Part shown: piece by piece, positions 61,155 to 64,000 of the stretch
How the letters are laid out: each line of letters begins with the position of its first letter
Numbering within the stretch: position 1 is the first letter of the stretch
Assembly: GCF_003018255.1 (NCBI RefSeq)
Contig: NZ_CP027440.1
From: Escherichia coli
Lineage (GTDB): Bacteria; Pseudomonadota; Gammaproteobacteria; Enterobacterales; Enterobacteriaceae
Direction: 5' to 3' (one strand)
DNA length: 64,000 bases
The notes under the pieces: generated by a model
Databases searched by the model: none
Told to the model about the DNA's origin: nothing
The model's input: only the letters and a program-made list of their open reading frames with translations
Position numbers and translations under genes: made by a program

Positions 61155-62822
61155 ATGATCCACGCCTTTATTAAAAAAGGGTGTTTTCAGGATTCGGTCA
61201 GTTTAATGATTATTTCACGAAAACTCAGCGAATCAGAAAATGTTGATGATGTTTCCGTAATGATGGGTACGCCCGCCAATAAAGCGTTATTAGATACCAC
61301 AGGTTTCTGGCATGACGATTTTAATAACGCCACGCCGAACGATATTTGCGTGGCAATTCGTAGCGAAGCGGCGGATGCGGGGATCGCGCAGGCGATTATG
61401 CAGCAGCTTGAAGAGGCGCTAAAACAACTGGCGCAGGGGTCAGCCAGCAGCCAGGCGTTGACGCAGGTGCGCCGCTGGGACAGTGCCTGTCAGAAATTAC
61501 CCGATGCCAATCTGGCGCTGATTTCAGTGGCTGGTGAGTATGCGGCGGAGCTGGCGAACCAGGCGCTGGATCGCAACCTCAACGTGATGATGTTCTCCGA
61601 TAACGTCACGCTGGAAGATGAAATCCAACTTAAAACCCGCGCGCGGGAAAAAGGCTTGCTGGTGATGGGGCCGGACTGCGGTACGTCGATGATTGCCGGC
61701 ACGCCGCTGGCTTTTGCTAACGTGATACCGGAAGGCAACATTGGCGTCATTGGCGCTTCCGGTACCGGGATTCAGGAGCTGTGCTCACAGATTGCGCTGG
61801 CAGGGGAGGGAATTACTCACGCGATTGGCCTTGGCGGGCGCGACCTCAGCCGTGAAGTGGGCGGCATCAGTGCGCTGACGGCGCTGGAAATGCTCAGTGC
61901 AGACGAGAAAAGCGAAGTGCTGGCATTTGTTTCAAAACCACCTGCCGAAGCGGTGCGTCTGAAAATTGTTAATGCCATGAAAGCAACTGGCAAACCGACG
62001 GTGGCGCTGTTTTTAGGTTATACCCCGGCGGTGGCCCGCGACGAGAATGTCTGGTTTGCCTCCTCGCTGGATGAGGCCGCTCGTCTGGCTTGTCTGCTTT
62101 CACGCGTCACTGCGCGACGTAACGCGATAGCGCCTGTCAGCAGCGGATTTATTTGCGGTTTGTATACCGGCGGTACGCTGGCTGCTGAAGCTGCGGGATT
62201 ACTTGCCGGACACCTTGGCGTGGAAGCCGACGATACCCATCAACATGGCATGATGCTGGACGCCGACGGACATCAGATCCTCGACCTGGGCGATGATTTT
62301 TACACCGTCGGGCGTCCCCATCCGATGATCGACCCGACCTTACGCAACCTGTTAATTGCCGATCTCGGCGCTAAACCGCAAGTGCGCGTGTTGCTGCTTG
62401 ATGTCGTGATTGGCTTCGGTGCGACCGCCGATCCTGCCGCCTCGCTGGTGAGCGCCTGGCAAAAAGCCTGTGCCGCGCGTTCAGACAATCAACCACTGTA
62501 TGCCATTGCCACGGTGACAGGCACTGAACGTGACCCGCAATGCCGCGCGCAGCAAATCGCCACGCTGGAAGATGCGGGGATCGCGGTAGTGAGTTCGCTA
62601 CCGGAAGCCACCTTGCTGGCTGCGGCGTTAATTCATCCGCTCTCGTCAGCCACACAGCAACACACACCGTCATTACTGGAAAACGTCGCCGTGATTAACA
62701 TCGGATTATGCAGCTTTGCGCTGGAGCTACAAAGCGCCAGCAAACCGGTTGTGCATTACCAATGGTCGCCAGTCGCCGGCGGCAATAAAAAACTGGCTCG
62801 TTTATTAGAACGTTTGCAATAA
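61155..62822 (+). CDS. fdrA: FdrA (acyl-CoA synthetase-like protein)
   Basis: 555-aa ORF matching FdrA. Confidence 0.9.
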   Translation: MIHAFIKKGCFQDSVSLMIISRKLSESENVDDVSVMMGTPANKALLDTTGFWHDDFNNATPNDICVAIRSEAADAGIAQAIMQQLEEALKQLAQGSASSQALTQVRRWDSACQKLPDANLALISVAGEYAAELANQALDRNLNVMMFSDNVTLEDEIQLKTRAREKGLLVMGPDCGTSMIAGTPLAFANVIPEGNIGVIGASGTGIQELCSQIALAGEGITHAIGLGGRDLSREVGGISALTALEMLSADEKSEVLAFVSKPPAEAVRLKIVNAMKATGKPTVALFLGYTPAVARDENVWFASSLDEAARLACLLSRVTARRNAIAPVSSGFICGLYTGGTLAAEAAGLLAGHLGVEADDTHQHGMMLDADGHQILDLGDDFYTVGRPHPMIDPTLRNLLIADLGAKPQVRVLLLDVVIGFGATADPAASLVSAWQKACAARSDNQPLYAIATVTGTERDPQCRAQQIATLEDAGIAVVSSLPEATLLAAALIHPLSSATQQHTPSLLENVAVINIGLCSFALELQSASKPVVHYQWSPVAGGNKKLARLLERLQ

Positions 62823-62831
62823 GGGGTTCCC

Positions 62832-64000
62832 ATGTTTACATCAGTGGCGCAAGCCAATGCTGCGGTTATCGAACAAATTCGTCGCGCTCGTCCACACTGG
62901 CTGGATGTGCAACCGGCTTCTTCACTTATCAGCGAACTAAACGAGGGCAAAACACTGCTTCACGCCGGGCCGCCAATGCGCTGGCAGGAGATGACCGGAC
63001 CCATGAAAGGGGCATGTGTGGGCGCATGTCTGTTTGAAGGCTGGGCGAAAGATGAAGCGCAGGCGCTGGCAATGCTGGATCAGGGGGAAGTGAACTTCAT
63101 TCCTTGTCACCATGTGAATGCCGTCGGGCCAATGGGCGGCATTACTTCTGCCAGTATGCCGATGCTGGTGGTCGAGAACGTGACCGACGGCAACCGGGCG
63201 TACTGCAACCTCAACGAAGGTATCGGCAAAGTGATGCGTTTTGGCGCTTACGGCGAAGATGTTCTGACTCGCCATCGCTGGATGCGCGATGTGTTAATGC
63301 CAGTATTAAGCGCGGCGCTGGGGCGCATGGAGCGCGGTATCGATCTCACCGCGATGATGGCGCAGGGCATTACCATGGGCGATGAGTTCCATCAACGCAA
63401 TATTGCTTCCTCAGCACTGTTAATGCGTGCGCTGGCCCCACACATTGCTCGCCTCGATCATGATAAACAGCACATCGCGGAAGTGATGGATTTCCTCAGC
63501 GTGACCGATCAGTTCTTCCTTAACCTCGCGATGGCTTACTGCAAGGCGGCGATGGATGCTGGTGCGATGATCCGCGCAGGCAGCATCGTCACGGCTATGA
63601 CCCGCAACGGCAATATGTTCGGGATTCGGGTAAGCGGGCTGGGCGAACGCTGGTTTACTGCGCCTGTAAACACTCCCCAAGGGCTGTTTTTCACCGGCTT
63701 CTCGCAGGAGCAGGCGAACCCGGATATGGGCGATAGCGCAATTACCGAAACCTTTGGTATTGGCGGTGCGGCGATGATCGCAGCGCCTGGCGTAACGCGC
63801 TTTGTCGGTGCGGGTGGCATGGAAGCGGCCAGAGCGGTATCTGAAGAGATGGCGGAAATCTTCCTTGAACGCAATATGCAGTTGCAGATCCCCGGCTGGG
63901 ATTTCCAGGGCGCGTGCCTGGGGCTGGATATTCGTCGCGTGGTAGAAACCGGCATTACGCCGCTCATCAATACCGGAATCGCCCATAAAGAGGCGGGGAT
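62832..64000 (+). CDS. ylbE: DUF1116-family protein YlbE, 5' 389 codons, open to the window edge
   Basis: ATG at 62832 (MFTSVAQANAAVIEQIRRARPHW). I translated it by hand and found no stop before 64000. It is absent from the ORF track because it has no stop in the window. It appears uninterrupted here, whereas I recall K-12 MG1655 ylbE being annotated as a split pseudogene. Confidence 0.8.
   Translation, partial: MFTSVAQANAAVIEQIRRARPHWLDVQPASSLISELNEGKTLLHAGPPMRWQEMTGPMKGACVGACLFEGWAKDEAQALAMLDQGEVNFIPCHHVNAVGPMGGITSASMPMLVVENVTDGNRAYCNLNEGIGKVMRFGAYGEDVLTRHRWMRDVLMPVLSAALGRMERGIDLTAMMAQGITMGDEFHQRNIASSALLMRALAPHIARLDHDKQHIAEVMDFLSVTDQFFLNLAMAYCKAAMDAGAMIRAGSIVTAMTRNGNMFGIRVSGLGERWFTAPVNTPQGLFFTGFSQEQANPDMGDSAITETFGIGGAAMIAAPGVTRFVGAGGMEAARAVSEEMAEIFLERNMQLQIPGWDFQGACLGLDIRRVVETGITPLINTGIAHKEAG

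Overview
The window is an Escherichia coli-type chromosome segment. I recognised it from memory of K-12 proteins and gene order; no database search was run. The backbone is syntenic with K-12: (ybaL)-fsr-ushA-ybaK-ybaP-ybaQ-copA-glsA-ybaT-cueR, ybbJ-qmcA-fetAB-cnoX-ybbO-tesA-ybbA-ybbP-rhsD, mnmH-allS-allA-allR-gcl-hyi-glxR-ybbW-allB-ybbY-glxK-allE, allC-allD-fdrA-ylbE. Four accessory blocks interrupt it. (1) A HigB-like toxin ORF sits upstream of ybaQ (4995-5674). (2) A ~3.3 kb AT-rich island lies between cueR and ybbJ (11259-14520). It carries a short trimeric-autotransporter adhesin, a lipoprotein, a small membrane protein, a divergent HTH-like ORF and a probably frameshifted ParB/Srx-like gene. 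(3) The rhsD locus is split by an IS2-group IS3-family element (24931-26263). It has a divergent C-terminal toxin with a candidate immunity gene, plus rhs and IS remnants. (4) The headline feature is a ~14.2 kb integrase-bounded element (44320-58525) inserted exactly at the allE start codon. It encodes int, alpA, an Arc-like repressor, an icd-like protein, a P4-type primase-helicase followed by an iteron field, SSB and a PerC-like regulator. It then carries a complete HK97-type head and packaging set: major capsid, protease, portal, two head-tail connectors, HNH, TerS and TerL. It has no tail, tape-measure, baseplate, fibre or lysis genes. This is the architecture of a capsid-forming phage-inducible chromosomal island (cf-PICI), a satellite that builds and fills its own capsids and needs a helper phage essentially only for tails. 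No rRNA, tRNA or CRISPR array was seen. All coordinates of sub-ORF features were counted by hand and may be off by 1-2 nt.
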